A stretch of DNA of 64,000 bases from positions 160,001-224,000 of the forward strand of contig JAZDKJ010000006.1 in the NCBI GenBank assembly GCA_043803105.1, written 5' to 3'. The notes under the pieces are model-generated. The model made no database searches. It saw nothing but the letters and a program-made list of their open reading frames with translations, and was not told the DNA's origin. The position numbers and the translations under genes are program-made. Of the stretch, positions 18,558-27,945 are shown in pieces. The DNA is from Candidatus Woesearchaeota archaeon. GTDB lineage: Archaea; Nanobdellota; Nanobdellia; Woesearchaeales; JAZDKJ01. How positions within the stretch are numbered: position 1 is the stretch's first letter; every line of letters starts with the position of its first letter.

Positions 18558-19763
18558 ATGCCCTGCCAAAAATCCGTGCACAAAAACAACTTTGCTCTCT
18601 GTTCTCTGATTTTTCTGCTTCTTTTGCTCGAGACAGCATCAGCTGTCAACATTGGGATAAGCCCTGGGGCAGTTGCTTTCAACAAGATGCTGCGTGCAGG
18701 CTATGCGCAAAGGACTGTGACAATCAGCACCTCTGTTACAGAGCCCTTGACCGCCCACTGTGAGCTTTACGGCGAAATTAAGGATTGGCTCGAGGTTGAT
18801 TCTAACATTACAGAATTCACATTTTCCGCAGGCTCTCCCCACCGCATGAAGGTTATTGTCCAGCCGCCTGACAATGCCCAGGCAGGCAATTACACTGGTA
18901 GCATCCGCATTGTCACAGATAAGCTTGGCTCTCTGGGTTCAGGCACAGGCAGTGTTGTCAAGGCTGCTGTGAGCCTTCAGATCAAGGTAGAGATTACCGG
19001 CCAGGAGATCCTTTCTTGCCGGGCTGGCGGCTTCTACATCCCCTCAGCAGAGGTGGGATTTCCCCTGATGTTCTCTTACACTGTTGCCAACGACGGCAAT
19101 GTCTGGCTTAGGCCTCACATAGAAATAGACATCTGGGATCAGGCCCAGGAAGAGCTTCTTCTCTCCCAGGAGTTCAACAATGACATGGTCCGCCAGACCG
19201 AGGAGCAACGATTTACAAATCAGATTTCTGCGAGTCTGCCTGTAGGCCAGTATTGGGCACAAGTGCGCGCCATAGAGTGCGGTGCCTCTGACCTCCTGAC
19301 CTTCAGCGTGCTTGAGAAGGGTGCGATCGCGGATGAGGCTGAGCTGCTTGACATCAAGGCCAAGCCGTGGGTCAGCCTTGGAGAGATAGTTCCAATTAAT
19401 GCGATCTTCCGCAACACTGGCTCAAGGACTGTCTTTGCCACCTTCAAGGGCAAGGTCTCACTTGATGACCAGGTCATCCAGCTTCTCCAATCAGCAGAAA
19501 TCCAGGTCATGCCCAATGAGAATGTCAATTTCACATTGTATTTTACTCCAAAACAGCAGGGCAAGTTCATAGTGACAGGCCGTGTCCAGTACAATCGAAA
19601 GCTCACCTTTGAGAAAGGTACTGTGATAAATGTGCTACCAGGAAAAGAGCTGCCCTCTGTTGTTGAGGGCTTGCGCATTGTTCCCTTGATTGTCTTTGTT
19701 ATACTCCTGCTCTTCATAATCATCTTGCTCTCAAAGATAAGGAAGGCACGGCACAGGCGTTAA
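18558..19763 (+). CDS. Three-Ig-domain, C-terminally anchored protein (DUF916/chaperone-like architecture)
   Basis: Signal peptide then IGISPG, repeated beta-sandwich motifs (GNYTGSI, NDGNV, NTGS), C-terminal TM helix and basic tail. Likely start is MPCQK at 18558. Confidence 0.7.
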   Translation: MPCQKSVHKNNFALCSLIFLLLLLETASAVNIGISPGAVAFNKMLRAGYAQRTVTISTSVTEPLTAHCELYGEIKDWLEVDSNITEFTFSAGSPHRMKVIVQPPDNAQAGNYTGSIRIVTDKLGSLGSGTGSVVKAAVSLQIKVEITGQEILSCRAGGFYIPSAEVGFPLMFSYTVANDGNVWLRPHIEIDIWDQAQEELLLSQEFNNDMVRQTEEQRFTNQISASLPVGQYWAQVRAIECGASDLLTFSVLEKGAIADEAELLDIKAKPWVSLGEIVPINAIFRNTGSRTVFATFKGKVSLDDQVIQLLQSAEIQVMPNENVNFTLYFTPKQQGKFIVTGRVQYNRKLTFEKGTVINVLPGKELPSVVEGLRIVPLIVFVILLLFIIILLSKIRKARHRR

Positions 19764-19858
19764 GCCAGATTACGGTGTCCAAAATATAAACCTTTAAATA
19801 TTGTTATTCATTCGTTATTTGTCAATCTATATGATAGAGACAGCAATGGGGGGGTAGT

Positions 19859-20128
19859 ATGACTAACTTAAAGATTTTTAACGTATTGTTCAGGGAAAAG
19901 CCAGCCATGATGCTCGTCGAGCTGAAGAACGCCAAAGGCGAGATCTATGCGTCTTCTCTTGCGAAAAAGATCGACTGCACCTATTCGCATGTCGTCAAGA
20001 TCCTGCAGGAGATGGAGAAATCCAAGCTGATTAATTTTGACAAGCAGGGACGATTGAAGCTTTTGACCCTGACCAAGAAGGGCCAGGATATTGCCGAGAA
20101 TATTGAGAAGATAAGGAATCTTTTCTAA
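19859..20128 (+). CDS. Winged-HTH (MarR-like) regulator
   Basis: YASSLAKKIDCTYSHVVKIL..ME...LI...KQGR...L.LT.KG. Confidence 0.8.
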   Translation: MTNLKIFNVLFREKPAMMLVELKNAKGEIYASSLAKKIDCTYSHVVKILQEMEKSKLINFDKQGRLKLLTLTKKGQDIAENIEKIRNLF

Positions 20129-20193
20129 GATTTGTTCAAATCCAAAAAAAGGGGTGAGGTAAGCTTCTTGGGAGGCTAAACTTTTAAATACTT

Positions 20194-20838
20194 TTGTGCA
20201 ACAATTGCCTCATGGTCGAAGGTTTGGAGCAGTGGGTTCATTCATCCCGGACTGTTAGGGCTGAAAAGCCCTGGGAGAGAGTGTTTGCTTACAACATCCG
20301 CGTTAACCCAAAGCTAAACTCAAGAGAATCTGTTCAGCAATATTTCCTTGATGTGGTTGATTACATTGCAACAGATGCAAAACTTCAGGACAGCATAGAC
20401 CAATTGGTCATTGATGTTGAGGTTGGATACAGACAGTTTCTGCGCGAGGCTGCTAAGGCCAGGGTGGACGAGAGTGTGTTACAAATGTCCAGGCGCAGCA
20501 CAGGTTCACACAACTCTTACTATAAATTTCCAGCTGTCAGTGGCCTTGTTCTAGGTGTTGCTGCTGGCGCTGCAGCATGGTATCCTACCTTCTGCGGTTG
20601 GGCGACTGATTTTGGTACCTACATCAATCAATACAGCAAACTTCTTGCTCCTCTGAGCGGATTAGTTCAGTTTACTGTTGTGGCAGTGCCAACTGCGGCA
20701 AAGGCTTTGCTCGGTGCAGCCATTGGCGATAAAGCAGCCCGCTTGATTGCCGCACCCTTCGTGAAGATGTGTACTCCAATGGCCACTAAAGCCGTTGCAT
20801 ATGAAAAGGTTCAAAGGGCTGTAGGAAAGCTGGCCTAG
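20194..20838 (+). CDS. Hypothetical membrane protein
   Basis: 214 aa ORF with hydrophobic C-terminal segments. Confidence 0.55.
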   Translation: MCNNCLMVEGLEQWVHSSRTVRAEKPWERVFAYNIRVNPKLNSRESVQQYFLDVVDYIATDAKLQDSIDQLVIDVEVGYRQFLREAAKARVDESVLQMSRRSTGSHNSYYKFPAVSGLVLGVAAGAAAWYPTFCGWATDFGTYINQYSKLLAPLSGLVQFTVVAVPTAAKALLGAAIGDKAARLIAAPFVKMCTPMATKAVAYEKVQRAVGKLA

Positions 20839-20849
20839 ATATAATGCCT

Positions 20850-22268
20850 TTACAATACCTTCTCTTCCATGCTCTTCTGTCTAAGTGTCTCTATAGCCAC
20901 GCTCAAGAATTCCTCTTCCTTTTCGATTGGCACGATTGCTCCTGCTGCATCAGTGTGCCCGCCTGACTCGCCGCCAACCTTCTCTATTATCTCTTGCAGG
21001 ATTGACTTTAAGTCAGCCTCCTCTTTTTTTCTTCCGCTGATCCTAAGCGATGCCTTTATCGTGCCTTCTAAGGTGTAGGCCATCGAGAGTATGTAAGTCT
21101 TGTCCTCGAATTCGTTCGATTTCGAGAGTATTGAGGCAATTGTGCCTGCAAAGGTGAATGGTATATGGTCTTTTGCGTTTATCAGTATGAATCCCTTTTC
21201 TTGGTGCACAAGCTCGCTTTTCTTGTTGTCCTGGTACCACTTCAGTGCAGCTATGAGCTCTTTTCTGTACTGGAACAATTGGTTCACGGCCTTTTGTTTT
21301 GAATCCTTGTTACCGATGCATGTCCCTATGCCAAGCGATGCCTTGTTCATGCGTCCGCATGCGTTAAGGAGTGTCGAGAATTCCTTCGCGTCCTTCAACG
21401 GAGACTCGGGAGCCTCCTCGGTAAGCAGGTAGGTGTACCCGAATATGTCTTCAGGGTGTGACTCGAGCGATCTCTTCAGTATTATCGCGCACGCTAACTT
21501 TTGCTGCTCCTCTTCTGTTAGGTTGCATAGCTTCTTCCATTCCTTTCCCTTCTTTGGGTTGATGTCTATCTGCTGCAGGAATTGGATCGCAGCCGATTCA
21601 GATCCTGTTACCCCAGGTATGTATGGGTCTGTGGTGTATTCAATCACCTTGTGTATTGGCCTTGTCTGGCTCCCGAAAACCCTCAGCCCTTTTGTGACCT
21701 TGATTTTCCCGTTCTCTTTTGCCGTCGACAGTATCTCGTCGTTGAGCCTCTTAAACCCATTTTCTTCTTGCAAGTCCCCGATTGCTCCGACTATCGCAAT
21801 GTGTGCCATCTCCCTGTTCTTGGGATCAATAGCCATCACGAACTTGTATGTAATGCCTGCCCCAGAGATCTCCCTTGAACCATCTATTCCGAACAGGTGC
21901 GGGTTGATGTGTACTATGTCTTCAGGGTTTTTGTCTGTGCTTAGCTCGTGATGGTCAAGGATGAATATGCTCCTTCCAGGAAGGAATCTCTTGATGTTTG
22001 AGATCTGTCCTGAGCCGAGGTCTGTGAACACGTATGTTTTGTAGTCTTCGTGCGATAATTCCCTTAGAATGTTTTCCTCAAGCTGGTGAACTATACTTAT
22101 CGAGTATTTCCTGTTTTCGTTCGTCAGCGCCCTTATGAGGATTGAGCAGGCGCAGATGCCATCGCTGTCCAAGTGTGAGACTATTCTAATTGTCTCGCTG
22201 GTGTCAACCTTCTTGAAAGCCTCTGCTGCGCTATTTATGCAGGCATCCAGCTGCTCGTATCTGTCCAT
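20850..22268 (-). CDS. DHH/DHHA1 phosphoesterase, RecJ-like
   Basis: HLDSDG, TDLG, LDHH and GGH..AAG motifs. Directly downstream of rps15, as in the conserved archaeal operon. Confidence 0.9.
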   Translation of the reverse strand: MDRYEQLDACINSAAEAFKKVDTSETIRIVSHLDSDGICACSILIRALTNENRKYSISIVHQLEENILRELSHEDYKTYVFTDLGSGQISNIKRFLPGRSIFILDHHELSTDKNPEDIVHINPHLFGIDGSREISGAGITYKFVMAIDPKNREMAHIAIVGAIGDLQEENGFKRLNDEILSTAKENGKIKVTKGLRVFGSQTRPIHKVIEYTTDPYIPGVTGSESAAIQFLQQIDINPKKGKEWKKLCNLTEEEQQKLACAIILKRSLESHPEDIFGYTYLLTEEAPESPLKDAKEFSTLLNACGRMNKASLGIGTCIGNKDSKQKAVNQLFQYRKELIAALKWYQDNKKSELVHQEKGFILINAKDHIPFTFAGTIASILSKSNEFEDKTYILSMAYTLEGTIKASLRISGRKKEEADLKSILQEIIEKVGGESGGHTDAAGAIVPIEKEEEFLSVAIETLRQKSMEEKVL

Positions 22269-22269
22269 C

Positions 22270-22722
22270 TTAAGCGTAAAGCCTTATGCTCTGCTCGTCG
22301 TATTTCCAGTCCTGCGGCAGCTTCTTTGATCTCTTGTAGTACTTCACTAGCCTTTTGATCTTTGATTCTGTGAGTTGGAGTCCCCTGTTTGCAGTCTGGT
22401 CCTGTTTGTTCCTCTCTATGTGCTTCTTTACCTCTATGACCTTCTTGATAAGGCTCAACAGGTCTTCAGGGATCTTTGCAGAAAGCCCTTTCTCCTTGAG
22501 CATCTCTGTGATGCCCTTGCCAGCAATGTCTTTTACGCTTGGTATCCCGTAGCTGTCTCTGAGTATTATCCCGATCTCTGACGAGCTTTTCCCTTCCTTT
22601 GAGAGCTTTATTAGGAGCATCTCAATCTCCTTGGGCTTGTATCTTATCCAGCTTGGTATGCTTTTCTTGCTTGGTTTTGTTGATCCTGATTTTCCTTTCT
22701 TTCCTGAGTACATTCGTGCCAT
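22270..22722 (-). CDS. rps15: 30S ribosomal protein S15 (uS15/S13e)
   Basis: MARMYS..KGKSGS, IG.ILRD.YGIP, IPEDL, ESKI.RLVKYYK. Confidence 0.97.
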   Translation of the reverse strand: MARMYSGKKGKSGSTKPSKKSIPSWIRYKPKEIEMLLIKLSKEGKSSSEIGIILRDSYGIPSVKDIAGKGITEMLKEKGLSAKIPEDLLSLIKKVIEVKKHIERNKQDQTANRGLQLTESKIKRLVKYYKRSKKLPQDWKYDEQSIRLYA

Positions 22723-22886
22723 TTTGTTTTGCGAGAAATAGAGTATGCCATCTTCTCCAGCATAGGCGAGCTTGTGACCAACCTATCTCTCGATAACTGG
22801 CAAAAACTGGAATTTGTTTATAAAGATTGTGGTTGCATAAAAGGTCGGAAATATAACATCGATAATACGCAATAATTTTTGCAGGC

Positions 22887-23090
22887 ATGATGACAAGGTT
22901 TATACAGTCTTTCGTCAAGGAATTCTGTATGAAACACTTGAAGCCATCTAAAGAATCCTTAGAAACACAATATGCTACAAGAGCCACAAAGAGAGCAATA
23001 CGTTTGATTTTTTGGTTGTTCGTATTGTTCGTAATTGTGATGGGGATTTTTTGGGCAGTACCTCGGATCTGGAAATTTGTTTTTGGATGA
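22887..23090 (+). CDS. Small membrane protein
   Basis: One TM helix at the C-terminus. Confidence 0.4.
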   Translation: MMTRFIQSFVKEFCMKHLKPSKESLETQYATRATKRAIRLIFWLFVLFVIVMGIFWAVPRIWKFVFG

Positions 23091-23377
23091 ACCCATTAAA
23101 AAGCCTCCAAAAATTACTTCTGCAGTTTATTGTTTCCCTGTCGGGAGCATAAACTTTGAACTTGCATCTCTGAATTTTGTCACCCCACTTGCTTCCACCC
23201 GTGTGGCAACAAAATTTGAGGCAAGGGAAACCAACACCAATTAAACTAAATCCGAAGGGGTGTCCGCTGGTTCTGTAATAAAGAACTCCTTTGCAGATGG
23301 TAGCTCTTTGATATTCCTCTTGTATCTGTGCTGCAGCCTGGAATTTCTCCCTTAAAAGCAAAGGTTATATACTTGCA

Positions 23378-24220
23378 GTGCACCCTGCTTGGCTGATGAT
23401 TGAGACTGAAATCCAGGATAATGCCTCTAAGGCAATAATCACTGTAAAAGACTTGACAAAGGATTTCAAGGGGTTCTTGGCAGTTGACCATATATCTTTC
23501 TCTATCCTTAAAGGCGAGGTTTTTGGTTTCCTTGGCCCGAACGGCGCTGGTAAGTCCACCACCATAAAGATGCTAACAACGCTCTTGCAGCCCACAAGCG
23601 GTGCTATGGATATGTGTGGTTTTGATCCTGTCAGGGATCCTGATAAGGTCAGGTCTACCTTTGGCATCGTGTTTCAGGATCCCAGCCTTGACGAGGAGCT
23701 TACTGCTTTTGAGAATATGGAGTTCCACGGTGTCCTCTACGGCATTCCAAAAGCTCTTCTTAGGGAAAGGACTGAGCAGCTCTTGAAGATTGTTGAGCTG
23801 TGGGATAGGCGAGGTAGTCTTGTAAAGACCTTCTCCGGAGGTATGAAGCGCCGTTTGGAGATTGCCCGAGGCCTTTTGCATCATCCCAAGATTCTTTTTC
23901 TTGACGAGCCTACCCTTGGGCTTGATCCTCAGACCAGGAATCACATCTGGACTTATATTAAGGACCTAAACAAGACCGAGCATATAACTGTTTTCTTCAC
24001 CACCCACTACATGGAGGAGGCAGACCGTGTTGCCGGAAGGATAGCAATTATTGACCATGGTAAGATTGTCGCGCAAGGCACTCCGCTAGATTTGAAGGAA
24101 AAAACTGGTAAGTCCTCGCTTGAGGATGCATTTATCGAGCTTACAGGCCGGGATATTCGTGATGAAGAAGCCTCCAATCTCGACCATATGCGTTTGCGAA
24201 GGAGGATGTGGCGAAGATGA
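23378..24220 (+). CDS. ABC exporter ATP-binding subunit (DrrA-like)
   Basis: GPNGAGKST, FSGGMKRRLEIARG, LFLDEPT, TTHYMEEA. Confidence 0.95.
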   Translation: MHPAWLMIETEIQDNASKAIITVKDLTKDFKGFLAVDHISFSILKGEVFGFLGPNGAGKSTTIKMLTTLLQPTSGAMDMCGFDPVRDPDKVRSTFGIVFQDPSLDEELTAFENMEFHGVLYGIPKALLRERTEQLLKIVELWDRRGSLVKTFSGGMKRRLEIARGLLHHPKILFLDEPTLGLDPQTRNHIWTYIKDLNKTEHITVFFTTHYMEEADRVAGRIAIIDHGKIVAQGTPLDLKEKTGKSSLEDAFIELTGRDIRDEEASNLDHMRLRRRMWRR

Positions 24221-24960
24221 GGACTATCTACATTCTTTGGCTGAGGCAGTTGAAGCGTTATTTTCGCTCTCGCGCAAGGATTATTGGTTCGCTTGCGCAG
24301 CCCCTGCTTTTTCTTCTTGCCTTAGGCTTCGGTTTTGGCCCGATTTTTGCCAAGGCTGGCCAAGGAAACTATCTCCAATTCCTTGCACCAGGCATCATTG
24401 CCATGAGCATACTGTTTTCATCAGTTTTTACTGGCATCGAGGTAATCTGGGACCGTCAGTTCGGCTTTCTGAAGGAAACCCTTGTTGCGCCCGTTTCAAG
24501 GGTGAAGATAATGCTTGGTCGAACTCTTGGAGGCGCCACAGTTTCTGTCATGCAGGGAATAGTTGTCCTTGTCATCGCAACCATTGCAGGCTTTCGTCCT
24601 AATCTCGCTATGTTGCCTCTCTCGTTTCTGTTCATGGCCTTGATTGCTGTTTTGTTCACCGCCCTCGGTACTGCCATCGCCTGCATGCTTGAAGACATGC
24701 AGGGCTTTCAGCTTATAGTCAACTTTATCATCATGCCTCTGTTTTTCCTTTCAGGAGCGCTTTTTCCATTTGAGGGTTTGCCCAAAGCGATTGATGTTGT
24801 GGCTAAGCTTAATCCCTTGAGTTATGGTGTTGATGGTTTGCGCGGTGCTCTGACTGGAACTTTTTCCTTGGGCTTGTTTAATGACCTTGTGGTCTTGTCT
24901 GCAGTTGCTGTAGTTCTGCTAGCTGTCGGCAGTTATCTGTTCTCTAAGATAGAGATCTAG
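24217..24960 (+). CDS. ABC-2 type permease
   Basis: Multi-TM protein with DRQFGFLKETLVAPVSR, FLSGALFP and NPLSYGVDG. Confidence 0.93.
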   Translation: MRTIYILWLRQLKRYFRSRARIIGSLAQPLLFLLALGFGFGPIFAKAGQGNYLQFLAPGIIAMSILFSSVFTGIEVIWDRQFGFLKETLVAPVSRVKIMLGRTLGGATVSVMQGIVVLVIATIAGFRPNLAMLPLSFLFMALIAVLFTALGTAIACMLEDMQGFQLIVNFIIMPLFFLSGALFPFEGLPKAIDVVAKLNPLSYGVDGLRGALTGTFSLGLFNDLVVLSAVAVVLLAVGSYLFSKIEI

Positions 24961-25430
24961 ATGTTATCGATTACGTCTTCCTTGATTATGTTCAGGACTA
25001 GCCTTGTTTCTGTCCTCTCAACAAAATCATAGGTCTGTATTTTCTTTACAAAATTGTCAAGCTCTCTCCTGTTCTTGAACTTGGCTATGACCAGGCAGTC
25101 AAACGAGCCGGTGAGATCATAGACAGCCTGGACGCTTGGGTGCTTTGCTATTAGCCTTTCAACTTCAAACAGCTTGCCCTTTGCTACCCTTATATCCACG
25201 CACACAACAAGGTCAAAACCAAGTTTCTGGTAATCAAGTTTTGCAGTGTATTTCTGTATGATTCCCTGTTCTTCTAACTTATCTATTCTGTGCATCACAG
25301 TTGCCACAGACACCAAGAGCTTCTTCGATATTTGCCTGTAGGAGAGCTTGGCGTTCTCGAGTAAAGTCCGTAGTATCTTCTTGTCTCTCTCGTCTATGTT
25401 GATTTTGGTCAATTGTTCAGATTTTCTCAT
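24957..25430 (-). CDS. Lrp/AsnC family regulator
   Basis: IDERDKKIL..L..NAK.SY, VYDLTGSFD. Confidence 0.92.
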   Translation of the reverse strand: MRKSEQLTKINIDERDKKILRTLLENAKLSYRQISKKLLVSVATVMHRIDKLEEQGIIQKYTAKLDYQKLGFDLVVCVDIRVAKGKLFEVERLIAKHPSVQAVYDLTGSFDCLVIAKFKNRRELDNFVKKIQTYDFVERTETRLVLNIIKEDVIDNI

Positions 25431-25549
25431 TAAACTGAGTCTCTATTGAACAAGTATTTAATTTTTTCCATTTTTTATAGGTATTAGTTCAATATATTAA
25501 CATAAATTATAAATAAAATGACATACTTTTGGTTATCGGAGGTAAGAAC

Positions 25550-25858
25550 ATGGCAGAAAATGGCGCTAAGAGTCTTGATGACCAACTTGCTGGCCCCATA
25601 GGCTGGCTAAAAGGCCCTGAAGGCAAAAGAATAGTATTTTTCGGAGGCTGTCCAGGGTACCTTGGAGAGCATTCTCAGATATTACTGGCTGTTCGCACGA
25701 ATAGCCATATTGAGCACAAGGAAATGGAGACCCCTGACGGACGAAGAGAGGATGTTCTTGAGAAAATCCGCGAACACCCGATATACTGTCCTCAATGTAG
25801 CATGGAAATCATGAATGATAGGTATAATAGAAGCGTTCGCCAGTTTGAAGAAGGATAA
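25550..25858 (+). CDS. Hypothetical protein
   Basis: ORF with a GGAGG RBS before MAENG and a CPQC motif. Divergent from the Lrp gene. Confidence 0.5.
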   Translation: MAENGAKSLDDQLAGPIGWLKGPEGKRIVFFGGCPGYLGEHSQILLAVRTNSHIEHKEMETPDGRREDVLEKIREHPIYCPQCSMEIMNDRYNRSVRQFEEG

Positions 25859-25872
25859 AAAAAAGAAAAACC

Positions 25873-26520
25873 CTATTTCTTAGGGCATTCTCCAGTTGTC
25901 CAGTATTCCACGTTTGGGTTTATGCACGCAGTGCAGCCATTTGATTCAGTCACTGCACAAGGGTATTTTACGCATCTGACTTTGCTGTTAAACCAACCGC
26001 ATACTGGCACATAGTCCATTGTGCAAATCTTTGCTTTTCTCGACTCAGCTGAGCAATTGTGCCTTTCTAGTTCAGGGCATGGAGCAAATTCGCAGTTAGG
26101 CCCTACTCTGCCTACAGCACTGCCGTCAGGACAGACCTTTGCCTCTTGAGTGCATGCTGCTGCCTCGCAAGTTGGCGCTCCAACACATCCGCAAGCATCT
26201 GGTGTTGCAGGAATGATATTGCCATTTACGCAGAATTCAGGGCCCGGTGGTGCTAGCTGGGCGCACAGTGCACACGCAGTTGGGCACTCTCCTCTGTAAT
26301 ATGCCCATTCCTCGCATTTTGTTCCATCAGTCAGTGTGCACATTCCTTGCTGGCTTCCGTCTGTTGCAGTGATTATGTCCAGTTTCCCGCCCTTGTCCAC
26401 GCAGTTTACAGATGCAGGATTTGCTATCTGTGTGCTGCCGGTATTGCCTGATTTGCAGGCAAATAAGGTTAGCAAACCTAATATTGTCAGAACTAAAAAG
26501 ATTTTTTTCATAAATAACAC
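25873..26520 (-). CDS. Cys-rich lipoprotein with DUF333 and Kazal-like repeats
   Basis: LFAC lipobox, IANPASVNC..KGG, CEEWAYYRGEC, CT.EAKVCPDGS.VGR, CTMDYVPVCG. Confidence 0.85.
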   Translation of the reverse strand: MLFMKKIFLVLTILGLLTLFACKSGNTGSTQIANPASVNCVDKGGKLDIITATDGSQQGMCTLTDGTKCEEWAYYRGECPTACALCAQLAPPGPEFCVNGNIIPATPDACGCVGAPTCEAAACTQEAKVCPDGSAVGRVGPNCEFAPCPELERHNCSAESRKAKICTMDYVPVCGWFNSKVRCVKYPCAVTESNGCTACINPNVEYWTTGECPKK

Positions 26521-26602
26521 CTCTTGTGGTGTTGTGTGAGCAGGCAGTATTTAAAAATGTATATATAATTTCAAATAGGTTTGAAACTTTCTTCAAAGCA
26601 AC

Positions 26603-27169
26603 TTAAAATCCCACTTCTTTTGATATTGACTGCAATGCCTTTATTGAAATTTCCAAGAACTCGTCAAGGCTTAAACCCAGCCTTTCGCATTCCATGATTA
26701 TGTCCCTGTTGACTCCTGCTGCAAACCTTTTGTCTTTCATTCTCTTCCTTAGACTGCTGACTTCCATTCCTTCGAGCCCGTTTCTAAGGATTGCATACGC
26801 ATGTATCAACCCGGTTATGGTCTCTGCGCTTGCCAGTGCAAATTCCACTTTTTCTGTCCTTTTCTTTTCCTTTAGCCCTGCGCACTCCCAGCCATAGCCA
26901 TGCGAGACAATAATCTGGATGAATTCGTCAGCAAATCCTGCTTGCTTAAGAATTTCAGGCGCTTTGCTCAGGTGTTGCTTTGGATCATTTTTGGTTATTC
27001 CCCAATCAATGTCGTGCAACAAGCCGAGCATTCTCCAATTTTCTTCGTCCTCTCCAAGCCTCTTTGCGAGCGCTCCCATTATAGCCTCGCTTTCAAGGTA
27101 ATGTACGATGTCAGACCTGTCAGTATTGTATTGTGCAATAAGGCCAAGTGCTTCTTCTCTGGTTATCAT
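26603..27169 (-). CDS. HDIG/HD-domain metal-dependent hydrolase
   Basis: GLLHDIDW, FAAGVNR. Confidence 0.88.
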   Translation of the reverse strand: MITREEALGLIAQYNTDRSDIVHYLESEAIMGALAKRLGEDEENWRMLGLLHDIDWGITKNDPKQHLSKAPEILKQAGFADEFIQIIVSHGYGWECAGLKEKKRTEKVEFALASAETITGLIHAYAILRNGLEGMEVSSLRKRMKDKRFAAGVNRDIIMECERLGLSLDEFLEISIKALQSISKEVGF

Positions 27170-27241
27170 AGTTGATGAAAGATTGTCTTGATATTTAAAA
27201 ATTCTTTCATAATGCCAACTGACTAAATTTCAAGAAAATAA

Positions 27242-27379
27242 TAGCCCCTGACGGACTTTCGGAACTTTTTCCCAGGTTTTTTCCTATGGAAAAAAGCTGC
27301 TTCGAACCGTCGTCACCAGGTCCAGAGCCCAATACCAGAGTTTATCTGTTAGTATGCTTGACCGCTACACTAAGGGGCT
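27242..27379 (-). tRNA. tRNA-Gln(CUG) with two non-canonical introns (anticodon stem ~27332-27351; T-loop 27256-27300)
   Basis: Removing the introns gives AGCCCCTTAGTGTAGCGGTCAAGCATACTGGGCTCTGGACCTGGTGACGACGGTTCGAATCCGTCAGGGGCTA, a normal archaeal tRNA-Gln cloverleaf. Confidence 0.8.
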
Positions 27380-27388
27380 AAATTGTTG

Positions 27389-27505
27389 AGTCAGCAAAAA
27401 AAGCCTTTTCCCAGGTTTTTGCATAACACAAAATCTTTGATTTTGTGGGATTAAAAAACTTTGTTTTTCAATATTGCAAAAAGCTGACTGCTACACTAAG
27501 GGGCT
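27389..27505 (-). repeat. Duplicate of tRNA-Gln(CUG) 5' end plus nested-hairpin repeat element
   Basis: 27485-27505 matches the first 21 nt of the tRNA with 1 mismatch. The adjacent CCCAGGTTTTT...AAAAAGCTG shell is shared with the T-loop intron. Confidence 0.7.
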
Positions 27506-27544
27506 GTAGGACAAAAGAACTTAATATTCAGTTAAAAAGTTTTC

Positions 27545-27904
27545 CTATTTGAACACTGTCTGGGCTTTGGTATTCCTTGAGATATCTGTTTTGTCAAGAA
27601 CCCTTGCTAGGTTAAGGTATGGTTCATATTCTTTCTTAACCTTGTCAAACAGCCTCTGCCCTTTTGGTGTCAGCTTCAAGCAATAGTTCTCGTATGTAAC
27701 GAATTTTTTCTTCTCCAGTACCTCAAGGTTCTTGTACAGCGCACGCTCTTTCTTTTCAGCAAGGTGTGCTCGCTTTACTATGTCTATGAACACCTTCTTG
27801 GATATGACAACCTCGAGCAAACTGCCTTTCAAGCGTTTGTTTGCCTCGATATAATATTGGCCCAAAGTGAAAAGTATGAACGTTTGTTTCTTTCCAACCC
27901 CCAT
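27545..27904 (-). CDS. Winged-helix-like hypothetical protein
   Basis: ALYKNLE.LEKK..V......LT.KG. Confidence 0.6.
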   Translation of the reverse strand: MGVGKKQTFILFTLGQYYIEANKRLKGSLLEVVISKKVFIDIVKRAHLAEKKERALYKNLEVLEKKKFVTYENYCLKLTPKGQRLFDKVKKEYEPYLNLARVLDKTDISRNTKAQTVFK

Positions 27905-27945
27905 AGCTAACCTTAGAAATCCGTGCTATATATACTTTTTGGCTC

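Noticed and set aside
22975-23361. 128-aa minus-strand ORF or pseudogene between rps15 and the ABC transporter
   Set aside because: It has a non-ATG start, overlaps another ORF and shows no recognisable family, so it cannot be supported.
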